This document shows positions 36,782-46,868 of a DNA stretch of 64,000 nucleotides, piece by piece (positions within the stretch are counted from its first letter, which is position 1; every line of letters begins with the position of its first letter). The notes beneath the pieces were generated by a model. It searched no databases and was not told where the DNA came from. It saw nothing but the letters and a program-made list of their open reading frames with translations. Origin of the DNA: Neophaeotheca triangularis. Its lineage: Eukaryota. The stretch lies in assembly GCA_054600435.1 (NCBI GenBank), contig BAAIJX010000007.1:124001-188000 (forward strand), read 5' to 3'. Both the position numbers and the translations under genes were made by a program.

Positions 36782-37847
36782 TTGGTGAAAAGGACTGATG
36801 GCTATTAGGGCATCGAGGCAGACAGAGTTGGTTGCATGGCTGGTATTGTAGGGAAGAAAAATAACATCCCTGCATTGAGTCAAGGCTTCGTCATCTTGCC
36901 CTTTTTCTCAGCATGACTGACCCGACCCGCAAGTGACCACTAAACACTACCCACCAACCTAACAAGCATTGCGGCGCCCCAAGGCCGAAGCGCTGTAGGA
37001 GGGGGTCGTAGGTTTCGAGCATGTAGGTGCTTGTGGAGGCGTAGATTGTGACGCTTTTGAGTCGGGAGAGGGTTTGGAAGAGGAGGGGGAGTACCTCAAC
37101 TTAGGGGAGAGAAGTTGAAGTCAAGGAATGCGACAGATTGACCATGATATGTGCCCCCTATATCATTACTTGTAATAATAAATCGTACCTTGTAGTGAGG
37201 ATGAAACTCGGCTCTCGTGTCATCCAAGTGCGTGCGAGACCCACTTCCATCGCTTGACATTCTGGATCCACCACGTGACGTGACCCACGCATGTTTGTCT
37301 CAGATTGAACGAGAATAATCCTACCTCCTAGTAGTACCTACCTACCTTAATATAACACTTCTTTTGCCCGCCCAGCCTGCCCTACAAGTATAACCTCTCA
37401 TCTCATTTCGCTTACCTCCAAATGGGGGGGGGTCAAGGCCCCAGGGAACCCTCTCCGTCCGGCTTGTGCTATCTACCTTAATAAACTGCTCGAATGATCA
37501 AGGGGCCATTTACTTCTTCAATCTGGATATGTCGGCAAACACGGCGCGGGTCTACGAAACAAGCCATGTTGTAATTTGTGCATCGCGTGCTTGGTAAAGC
37601 CATCTCGAGGCTTCGCTGCCTTCGCTCGCCTTGCCATTGTCACGAGAGCCCGGAGTAGGTACTGCCTCCCTCCTAGGTATGTAGTAAGCAAGCTGGTTGT
37701 GATTTTATATAATCCTACCCTCATACCCTCATACCCTACACTCTTTTCCCCCCATCAACCTCTCTCTTGCAATTCCCCCCTTTCCCAATTTCTACAACCA
37801 CCACGCGTGCCATTCTTTTCACGCTTTTTCTACTTTCATCTCTCATC

Positions 37848-39389
37848 ATGAAGAGCGCAGCTTTCACTCTCGCAGCGGCAGCTGGTACTGCTTCTGCTCA
37901 ACAGTCCATGTACGGTCAATGCGGTGGCGGTGACTATCCCACCGACTGCGTTTCGGGTGCTTACTGCCACTCCTACAACGACTTCTACTCCCAGTGTATC
38001 GCTGGCTCGCCTACCTCTGCAGGTGTTGCGGCACCATCAGGTACGGCTCCCGCCTCCTGCGCCGTCGTGACTGTTACCGTCGATGCGCCTAGCAGCGAGG
38101 CAGCGGCACCCACCACCGCTGCCGCCAGCAGTGTTCCCGCTCCTTCTTCCAGCGAGACAGCCGCTGACAGCAGCGCTCAAGTCCAGCCAGTTTCCTCGGC
38201 TGCTGCTTCCGCTGACATCGAGGAGGCCGCCGCCTCGATCCCCGAACCGACCAGCGAGCCGACCTTCTTCGCGACTCCTGACGAGGCTGAGACCACTGCC
38301 GCAGCCAGCAGCACGTCCGTATCATCTCAGCGTGTATCAACCTCTACCTCTGCTGCCAGCAGCCCGGCAGCCACCACTGAGCCCGTGTCGACCTCCAACG
38401 CTGCCGCCACCAACACCGGAAGCAGCGGCGGTGTCCCGTACGGCGGTGTCAACATTGCTGGCTTCGACTTTGGCTGCGGGACTGACGGCTCGTGCTCCGT
38501 ATCCGGTATCGTCGACCCCGGTCAGGAAGGCATTGACCAGATGAACCACTTTGTCAACGACCTTGGCTTGAACACTTTCCGTCTGCCGGTCAGCTGGCAA
38601 TACCTCGTCAACGACAACCTTGGCGGCGACATTGACTCCACCAACTTTGACAACTACGACACTCTCATGCAAGGCTGCTTGGACGTGGCCGAGCTGTGCA
38701 TCATCGACATCCACAACTACGCCCGCTGGAACGGGGAGATCATCGGTCAAGGCGGCCCAAGCAACGAGCAATTCGCCTCATTCTGGTCGCAACTCGCCGA
38801 AAACTACGCCGATAACGACAAAGTCGCCTTTGGCGTCATGAACGAACCCCACGACGTCGACCTCGCCGACTGGGCCGACACGGTCCAAGCAGCCGTGACC
38901 GCCATCCGCGAAGCTGGCGCCAGCACCAACAAAATCCTCCTCCCTGGCAACAACTGGTCGCACGCTTCCACTGCACTCTCGGACGGCTCGGCCGAAGCCC
39001 TCAACAGCATCACCAACGTCGACGGCTCCAAGGACAACCTCATCTTCGACGTGCACCAATACCTCGACTCGGACGGCAGCGGCACCTCGACCGAATGCTC
39101 CACCGACCACGCCGACGACTTTGCCGAGTTGGGCGACTGGCTGCGCGACAACAACCGCCAGGCCATCTTGACCGAGACTGGCGGCGGCAACACCGACAGC
39201 TGCGAGCGTGATGTTTGCAGCATGCTGGACCAGCTGAACAGCTACTCGGACGTCTACCTCGGCTGGACTGGCTGGGCCGCTGGCCAGTTCGACTCCAGCT
39301 ATGAGTTGTCTGAGACGCCAACCAAGAATGGGGACTCCTGGACTGACCAGCCCATCGTTGAGCAGTGCATTGCTGGCAAGTTCAACTAG
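37848..39389 (+). CDS. CBM1 plus GH5 (subfamily 5-like) endo-beta-1,4-glucanase with long S/T/A linker; intronless
   Basis: Signal peptide; CBM1 YGQCGG...CVSGAYC...NDFYSQC; GVNIAGFDFGC, IIDIHNYARW, MNEPHD, FDVHQYLD, LTETGGG, WAAG. Confidence 0.95.
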   Translation: MKSAAFTLAAAAGTASAQQSMYGQCGGGDYPTDCVSGAYCHSYNDFYSQCIAGSPTSAGVAAPSGTAPASCAVVTVTVDAPSSEAAAPTTAAASSVPAPSSSETAADSSAQVQPVSSAAASADIEEAAASIPEPTSEPTFFATPDEAETTAAASSTSVSSQRVSTSTSAASSPAATTEPVSTSNAAATNTGSSGGVPYGGVNIAGFDFGCGTDGSCSVSGIVDPGQEGIDQMNHFVNDLGLNTFRLPVSWQYLVNDNLGGDIDSTNFDNYDTLMQGCLDVAELCIIDIHNYARWNGEIIGQGGPSNEQFASFWSQLAENYADNDKVAFGVMNEPHDVDLADWADTVQAAVTAIREAGASTNKILLPGNNWSHASTALSDGSAEALNSITNVDGSKDNLIFDVHQYLDSDGSGTSTECSTDHADDFAELGDWLRDNNRQAILTETGGGNTDSCERDVCSMLDQLNSYSDVYLGWTGWAAGQFDSSYELSETPTKNGDSWTDQPIVEQCIAGKFN

Positions 39390-39613
39390 GATTGAAGGGA
39401 GTGTGTGGGGAGTCCTTAGTATCGATGGGGGTAAGATTTGAGTATAGGAGGTGGTTTGATGAGTTATACAAGCTATTTATCCGCTGGATTGGCTATACAT
39501 GTAGCTTTTCATGGTGATGTTTTTGAGCTTCTTTGTACCTTTTTTTGCTCTTTTGCTTTTTCTTCTTGTTCGAAGCTTGAAATGTGTAGGTAGAGCTTTA
39601 GAAAATTCCAACG

Positions 39614-39622
39614 TGAAATTTT
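39614..39622 (+). promoter_or_regulatory. RRPE-like motif upstream of the rRNA methyltransferase gene, followed by a poly(A) tract at about 39744-39757
   Basis: TGAAATTTT resembles the yeast RRPE element typical of ribosome-biogenesis genes; short and could be chance. Confidence 0.3.
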
Positions 39623-39930
39623 GTCGCAATCAAAGTCTTACATTGAATCATTATTATAACAATCAATCGCCCGTTAGCATCATATGAAAAACATGATTGT
39701 AAAATTCAAGGCCAATGTCAGACGTAAAATGATAAGATCTTATTAAAAAAAAAAAAAGTCCCAGGGCCGCCACTTCAGCGTTCGTCAAATCCCAAATCCG
39801 GAGAGGACAGAGAGAAGACCGCACCTCGCGCTGGAAAAAAGTCTATCCAAAACCACCACAACTGCCTACCCACCGCAAACTCTAGCGGTCTCACTAAAGC
39901 AATTACTGGAAGAAGAAAAAGAAAATAGAA

Positions 39931-41769
39931 ATGTCCCTCTACCACGAAGCCGCGGAAATTCTCAACAGAGCACAAACCCAAGGCGGCTCGCTGAAGATGC
40001 ACATTTTCAGCCCAGCGAGCGCCCCTGGCAACAACAACAAGGCCGCCAAAACCGCCAAAACCCCACCAACCAAAAGCAACAGCAGCAAAACCAAAGCCAA
40101 ACCCCTCAAAACCACACCACCCAACGACCCTAAACCCTGGAAATCAGACCCCAAAACCCTCTACGCCCTCACAACCAGCGCTTCCAAACTCTCCTCCCTC
40201 CTAGCCCCAATCATCGAGGCTTCCCAACTCCTTCACCACGAAAAACACTCTCTCTCCCCGCTACTGGCCCTGCTCGTGGTTCACGACCTGCTCTTCGCAA
40301 AACGCGGCATCGCGCTGCCGGAAACCCATGGGCTGGCCAAAGCGGTCACGAGGCATCGGGTTAGGCTTGTGGCCGAATTGGGGAGGGCGAGGGTAAGGGC
40401 TGGGAAGGCGGATGTGCGGGGGTTGAGGGAGGCGGTTGAGCGGGAGGCGGAGGCAAGAGGGGCTGGTGGTTTGGGGGGGTTGAGGGTGAGGTGGGTGAGG
40501 GTGAATGCGCTGCGGAGTTCGTTGGCGAGGGAGTTGGGTGGGGAGGGTGGGGAGTTTGCTGGGTGGGAGGTTGTGCCGGGGTTAGAGGGGTTGGCGGGGA
40601 AGGGGGGGAGGCGGGTGGTTTTTGTGGATCCGAATGTGCGGGATTTGGTGGCGGTGCCGGAGGGTGTGGATCTTGCTGGTACGCGCGGTTACCGTGAGGG
40701 CAGGTTGGTTCTGCAGGATAAGGCGTCGTGTTTTCCGGCTGCTTTGCTCGATCAGCCGGCCGGTGGTGGGGATGTTATAGACGCTTGTGCGGCGCCGGGG
40801 AATAAGACTACGCATCTTGCTGCGTTGGGGTGGGAGAAGGCGGAGCGGGCTTCGGTGCCGATGGGGCTGGTATTTGCGTGCGAGAAGGATGCGTTGCGTT
40901 CAAAGACGTTGGAGAAGATGACGCGGCTGGCTTGTGGGAGTGAGAGGAAGGACTGCGTCGTTCTCAAGACTAATCAGAATTTCATGAAACTCGACCCGCA
41001 TGCCAAGGAGTTTGCGAGCGTCACGGCGTTGCTGCTGGATCCCAGTTGCTCCGGTAGCGGTATCGTGGGGAGGGACGAGACGAGCTTGAAATTGCAAGTT
41101 CCTCAGTTGCCATCCCAGCAAGCGGTTGCGGCAAACGGTACTAGCAAGAAGAGGAAGCGGTCTCAACCCGAGCCGGCGGCGAAAGCAGCCACAGTCTCCG
41201 TAGCCGCGGGAAGCGGTTCAGCAGAGGGAGAAGAAGGGGAAGAGGAAGAAGAAGCGACTTCGACAACCGACCAGGCAGCTCTAGCAACCCGCCTGATCGC
41301 TCTCGCGGATTTCCAGCTTAGACTACTACTCCACGCCATGTCTTTCCCGCACGCAAAACGTATCGCGTACTCGACGTGCTCTGTGCATGCCGAGGAGAAT
41401 GAAGGCGTTGTCGTCAAAGCGCTCAAGTCTGAAGTTGCGAGGAGTAGGGGCTGGAGGGTTTTGAGGCGCGAGGAGCAAGTCGAGGGAATTGGGAAGTGGA
41501 GGATTAGAGGGGATGGGGTTGCTGTTGAGAGTCGGATGAAGGAGGAGGGTTTGGAGGGGTTTGGGGTGCAGGAGATTGCGGAGGCTTGTGTGAGGTGTGT
41601 TAAGGGGAGTGAGGATGCGACTATGGGGTTTTTTGTTTGTGGGTTTGTGAGGGATGTGGAGGGAGGTGATGAGCCTTTCGTCTCTGGCCAGGCGAATGGT
41701 ATTCATGCTGAGCAGGATGATGATGATGATGATGAAGAAGAATGGGGCGGATTTAGTGATGGTGAGTAG
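39931..41769 (+). CDS. RCM1: 25S rRNA cytosine-C5 methyltransferase (NOL1/NOP2/Sun family, NSUN5 ortholog)
   Basis: MSLYHEAA, RWVRVN, LQDKASCFPA, DACAAPGNKTTH, LLDPSCSGSG, YSTCSVHAEENEGVV, GFFVCGF. Confidence 0.92.
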   Translation: MSLYHEAAEILNRAQTQGGSLKMHIFSPASAPGNNNKAAKTAKTPPTKSNSSKTKAKPLKTTPPNDPKPWKSDPKTLYALTTSASKLSSLLAPIIEASQLLHHEKHSLSPLLALLVVHDLLFAKRGIALPETHGLAKAVTRHRVRLVAELGRARVRAGKADVRGLREAVEREAEARGAGGLGGLRVRWVRVNALRSSLARELGGEGGEFAGWEVVPGLEGLAGKGGRRVVFVDPNVRDLVAVPEGVDLAGTRGYREGRLVLQDKASCFPAALLDQPAGGGDVIDACAAPGNKTTHLAALGWEKAERASVPMGLVFACEKDALRSKTLEKMTRLACGSERKDCVVLKTNQNFMKLDPHAKEFASVTALLLDPSCSGSGIVGRDETSLKLQVPQLPSQQAVAANGTSKKRKRSQPEPAAKAATVSVAAGSGSAEGEEGEEEEEATSTTDQAALATRLIALADFQLRLLLHAMSFPHAKRIAYSTCSVHAEENEGVVVKALKSEVARSRGWRVLRREEQVEGIGKWRIRGDGVAVESRMKEEGLEGFGVQEIAEACVRCVKGSEDATMGFFVCGFVRDVEGGDEPFVSGQANGIHAEQDDDDDDEEEWGGFSDGE

Positions 41770-41942
41770 GTCGAATAGCTCAAATAGACTTGGATTCAAG
41801 ATTTGAACATCTCGTGACATTTTGAACAGCTTTTTGACTTTTCCCTATCTATGCAGTCCTAAGCCCTATATCAATGCAAATATCATGCCATCGTCTAAGA
41901 GCAAACAAGGCTCAGCTCAGCTAACGCAACATAAGAACTGCT

Positions 41943-42596
41943 CTACTTGGAGCCACCAGTCTCAGCCCTCTGAGCGGGGTCGGTGTTGTTGGTGAGCTTG
42001 TTCTCTTGAGCGACAGTCTGAGCGCCCTCGGGTATCCTCTCCTCAGCGGCGGGAATGTCGCTCCTGCCAACCTTGGCGTCGTCCTTGTTCAGCGCCCTCT
42101 GGCTGGCGAAGGCCGGGTCGTGGGGGTCGACGAGGTTGGCGGCCTGGGCCTGGCCACCGCGGCCCTCAACACCGCCCTGCTTGTCGCTGCTGTTGTCGTG
42201 CAGCTCCTGGGAAGTCTGGCCCTGCATAGGCTTGCCCATGCCCGTGTTCACGTCACCAGAAGTCGCGCCGCCAAGGGTGGAGGAGGCGTCGGCGTGGGAG
42301 GCAATGGGAGGGACTTCGGAACTGTTGTTGGGGCGGAAAGTGTTGGAGGCGGGGGCGCTGCCAGGGGGCAGGGTCTTGGCGTTGAACTCAGGGACGGCGT
42401 CGTTGCCAACGTTGACACCGGGCTTGTGCTGGAGGGGATGTTAGTGTGCTGGGATTCTTGCCATGCTTCACTTTGTGATTGTACTTACGCCGTGAGTGGT
42501 CTGGGGGCCATCGCCCTCCCTCTTGGAGTGGAACTCGCCGCTGCCACCGGTAGGCATCTTGTTGGCGACGGCGTCGACGTTGTGGGTAGTAGACAT
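41943..42596 (-). CDS. Small hydrophilic G/S/T/N-rich (hydrophilin-like) fungal protein; intron 42429-42488
   Basis: Spliced MSTTHNVDAVANK...QTTHG|HKPGVNVGNDAVPEF...LGGATSGDVNTGMGKPMQGQTSQELH...ETGGSK*; strong codon bias; no hydrophobic segment. Confidence 0.8.
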
Positions 42597-42786
42597 GGTG
42601 AGGTCTTGTTCGTTGTTTAAAGGGGTTTTTAGGTGTAGCTGGGTATCAATTGGGGTATCGTGTGTTGTGGTGAAGGATAGAGTGTGAGTGGGTGTGGGAG
42701 CAGTGGCAGTGAGTTTTGGACTTCGTCTGGTCGTGTGCCCCTCCACTCGTCTCGTCGCCCCGCCCCGCCGTCGCAGAATTTGTTGA

Positions 42787-42805
42787 TGACGTCGCGGTCA
42801 CGTCA
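42787..42805. promoter_or_regulatory. Inverted pair of CRE/ATF half-sites upstream of the hydrophilin-like gene
   Basis: TGACGT (42787-42792) and ACGTCA (42800-42805). Confidence 0.35.
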
Positions 42806-43022
42806 ATCGTGATGAGTGCCTTAAGGTTAAGGCATGAAAGACAAGCTCATCGCACTTGGCCTCAACTTCACCTCACCTCCTTGTTTCCTTCCCTTCACTT
42901 CATGCTACCCTGTCAGCGACTAGTCTTGGCAACGCCCCGGATAGGAAATACGAGATACGAAGTTCATGAGAAGGTCCTCAATACTCGAACTGTTGATGTC
43001 TCGCCCAAAATGACTCTCCACT

Positions 43023-44129
43023 TTAAAATTTCCGACACCCCGCAGGAGTGATGGCCCTCAACCTAGCTCTAGTCCTCTCGCTCGCCAGCAGTAATCTGCT
43101 TCGCTTGCAGTAGACCTCTACTGGAATGCCCGTAGATGAAAGAGGTCGCGTAGGACGACAGGAAGCCACACTTGCCACAACCAACTGCTTATTCGCAAAA
43201 CCATTCGACGTAGTAGGATCCGACCCCACGGGTAACTCCTGGCATTGGATCCCGACGGACTCCAACATCACTCTGGCACTCAATACCTCGGCCTCCCATA
43301 TCTTGAGTCTGTATTGCTCTTGGACTCCTATTTCAGCGTGCTCCAGCCATCCTCCCGTAGCCCGCTGATACTTCTCTATCTCGGCTTCGAATGCCTTGCG
43401 GTTGTTGATGTGCTTCGCCCTAAGAATGGCGCTGATGCAAGCTGCGCAGGCGTAAGCTCCTTTTCTGGTTTTGATGTTTGGCCCCCTGTTGAAAACTCCG
43501 ACCGGCTTGTGGCAGTTGGAAGCACATCCTTGAGGGGCCTCCGTGTAGATCATGTGACCGCAGGAGGAAAGCTGGTGGGCGCAGCTATTGCGGACGCATG
43601 TGTTTGATACGCGAGTGGCGATGCTTGGTGAGGCTGCGGATGCTGATGGTTCGATGTTCTCCGGCGCTGACCCGGTAGCCTGCTTATGAGCTTGCTCATG
43701 CTCCGTGGATTGCTCGGTGGAGTCGGTATTTGATGCTTCCGTTGCAACGTACTCATCTTCTGGCGTCGGGAACGAAACCTTCTCCGTCTTTGGCGTTACG
43801 GGGGCTTCAAATTCTCTGACACTTGATGGTGGCGAGGACTCAGGTTTGCCTCCCTTGCCCGTGATCTCTTTCGGCCCAGCAAAGGTAAGTACATCTCCTT
43901 CCCTCCTTCCCACATGCTCGAATTCCGTAGGTGGCTCAGGAGACGTCGAAGTAGATGAGGGCGGCGTAGGCAAAGAGGATGGTCGTGGCACCTTGGAGGA
44001 CCTGTTCTTCCCGAACCAGCCCATCTTCGGCTGTGGGGATAGCTGTGGCTTCTGCTTGCTGGATGAGGCAATGGTAGGTTGCCAGGCTCTGTTGGAAGGA
44101 ACTGGAAGGTTGGAGCGAGGGGTCGTCAT
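43023..44129 (-). CDS. Uncharacterised protein: disordered P/S/T-rich N-half plus Cys/His motif (HQLSSCGHMIYTEAPQGCASNC...CAAC)
   Basis: 368-codon ORF; motif shared with the divergently oriented neighbour. Confidence 0.7.
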   Translation of the reverse strand: MTTPRSNLPVPSNRAWQPTIASSSKQKPQLSPQPKMGWFGKNRSSKVPRPSSLPTPPSSTSTSPEPPTEFEHVGRREGDVLTFAGPKEITGKGGKPESSPPSSVREFEAPVTPKTEKVSFPTPEDEYVATEASNTDSTEQSTEHEQAHKQATGSAPENIEPSASAASPSIATRVSNTCVRNSCAHQLSSCGHMIYTEAPQGCASNCHKPVGVFNRGPNIKTRKGAYACAACISAILRAKHINNRKAFEAEIEKYQRATGGWLEHAEIGVQEQYRLKIWEAEVLSARVMLESVGIQCQELPVGSDPTTSNGFANKQLVVASVASCRPTRPLSSTGIPVEVYCKRSRLLLASERTRARLRAITPAGCRKF

Positions 44130-45511
44130 TGTTGTGGTGTTCGTTTCTGGGTTTGCTTGTGAGGTGTTGGCTTTCAGATGTCGAAATCAAGGACCAGCCT
44201 TGTGTGGAGAAAGGAAAAAGCAAGGAAAGAGGGAGACTGTAGATGTGATTTGGTCTGTAAAGAATGCTGGAGGTGAGAGACCTCGCTGGTCATTATACTT
44301 CTGCCTTGATTCCTATGTCTCACCGATGAATGAGACAAAACGACCGCAAAGTGAGACTGTGATGTCTCGATCGTTGTACGAAGAAGCGTTGTCTTGCTCG
44401 AGGAGTCTAGAACACTCCTAGGCTTGCCTTAAGAGATGGCGGATTTGGTAGATAAGTACTCACCTGCAGGAGCCAAGAATTGATGGCCTGCTCAGGTCAA
44501 CAGCGCTCGGAGTTTGGACCTCTCACAGATCGTTCTCTTCGATATGAGAAATGACGTCGAGGAAATGCTCACCCCAGAGGTACCGTACTGACCCCTAAGG
44601 CTTACTTTAGCAAGAGCAAACGCTGACATTGTCGGATTCCAGGTTACGTTCGACCAGGCTCTGGGGGTAAGGCATTGATCGTGTACCGCAATGCCTCCCA
44701 TGTCTAGCGAACTGTCCGGGCGGTTGCGGCCTGAGATTTCGCATCATGGAGGCTTCCTCGCCACTGCGATCGAGACACTTCTCGCAGGCGTGCCGCCGGT
44801 TTAACCCTGCTGAGGCACTTGCAGACCACCGCGACGTGAGCTGGTGCCTATATCATCTTCGACCTGGTCCGGTGTATGAAAAAAGGATGTGTATGTCGCT
44901 AGGAAAACACAGAGGGACTGGCCTGGAACTGTACGCCGACACCCCAAATGTTTGGTCCATGACTATCAACGCTGGCGATCCTGAACCTGGCCAGAGCCTT
45001 GCACCCGCGTACCGTTCTTCCACAGGCCGCTCTCGTATGGTCCAAGAGAAGGATGCATCGCTGGAAGGGCACTGGCCTTGTCGCCTTCAAAGCAGGAGTA
45101 GCTTCCTAGTCGGTCTGCTGCCTCCACCAGTAGCACCTCGGACCCCCCTATCGCACATCCAGGACTATTACAGCATGCTCAACCCTGCAAGACTCGAAAA
45201 CTACTCAATATTTTATCTGCCGCGAAGATTTATACGTTATACTTACGAAATATACTTGGCACAAAATGTTATACTCGGCTTTGGCTTTGCCGAGACTTTC
45301 ACCCCCCAGCCACCCGGTTTAAACTTGGGCGCGTGCTACCTCTCTAGCAACGAGCGTCTTCTACGCGACTTGCTGTACTCGGACCATCAACCCACAGTAC
45401 CTTCTTTGCGCGTCCATCAAACCATAGCCTCTCACACCCACCCTCGTAACGCCTTTCAGCGTACTACCCAACCCCAAGACACAACTTCATCCTCCACTGG
45501 ACTTCGACAAC

Positions 45512-46868
45512 ATGGAACACAACAGCCTGAGCCTACGTCCGAAGCCCAAAGTAGGCCAAGATGCTTTAATCTTCTATACCACCACTTCACGACCCAATGG
45601 ATCTCTGCTAACCCTCCGAAGACCGCTAGCACTAGCAATGCCGCCGCCACCGGTCCGCCCACGGCGCCGACGTCTTCTTCGGAGCCGCCGCTAGCACCTC
45701 TTGCAGACGAGAGCACTTCTCCTCGTACCTTGCCCGACGTTACGCATCTCTTCGCGCAACAGAGGCCACAAAACACCCGGGAGCAGCGTGTTGGCGAGAC
45801 ACAGGAGACCCGAGGTACTGCGTGTTTCCAGATACCCCTGCTAGCACATCCCTTTCATCACCGTCTATCCTGCGGCCACGACATCGTGACCACCCAGCCC
45901 GAGGCCTGCGGCATCAATTGTCTCGAATACTTCACCAAATGCATGGGCAAGAAGTTCGAGTGTCCCCATAGGCAGTGCAAGCAGAAGCGCGCCGAACACA
46001 ACAAAATGTTCATCAAGAAGCTCGTCATCGGCCGCAAATGCGTCCTCAGCAAGGCCTTCGACGGCAATTCAGGCGCGAGTGCGGTGCGCGCGAAGGAGAA
46101 GGACGACGCCATCGCTTCGCAGCTCGAGGGTACGCACGTCGGTCGCTTCGCGACTACTGCGCCCAACACCTTCGACGAAGACCCGGCGATGCAGAGGGCG
46201 AAGCAACAGCTTGCTGCGAATATGCAGACTGCTGAGAATGCTAAGCCGAAGACTATCCTGCACTCTGGTGTTATGGAGCCGAGTGCCGTACAGCTTAAGC
46301 AAGAGCGTTGTGATGCGGCGGAGGAAGATGAGGGTCAGGGGGTGAGACTGCCGGGCTTGTGGATGTTCGAGCAAGAGCGTCGCAATGTGGCGAAGGGTCA
46401 GGCGATGGGGCTGCCGGGCTTGGGGATGCTGAACATCCAGGCTCAAGAGAAAGGGATGCAGGTGTCGCAAGAGGGGGAGGGTCAGGACACCGGGACCAAA
46501 GGGGCGGAGACGCAGATGGCGATGCCGCAGCAGGTGAGAAAGCGAGCTGTGAAAGCGCGCTGGGACATACAATATACGCGGAGACGTGATGCTAATCCTC
46601 TTCGATTATCAAGGACAAAGAAGCAATGCAGGCGCCCGATGAGGCTGCGGGAGCTACAGAAACCCAGCCGAATGATGAAGCGCAGGCTTGGGAGGACCTT
46701 GATGAGATCAGGGGGGAGCTCGATCAGCACGCGAGGGAGAAGAAGATGGCCGAGAGGAAGGGTGCGAAGGAGAAGAGGCCAAAGATGGAAGACAAGGCCA
46801 AAGTTCATAAGAACAAAGGCGCTGGTCACGGTGGAGTGGGGCCTCGCCTTCATCATGGGAGCAAGTGA
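45512..46868 (+). CDS. Uncharacterised protein with the same Cys/His motif (HRLSCGHDIVTTQPEACGINC...CPHRQC); predicted introns 45551-45621 and 46534-46613; 5' end uncertain (in-frame ATG at 44746 possible)
   Basis: GTAGGC..GCTAAC..AAG and GTGAGA..GCTAAT..AAG introns join ORFs 45512, 44746-46890 and 46626-46868 in frame. Confidence 0.65.
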
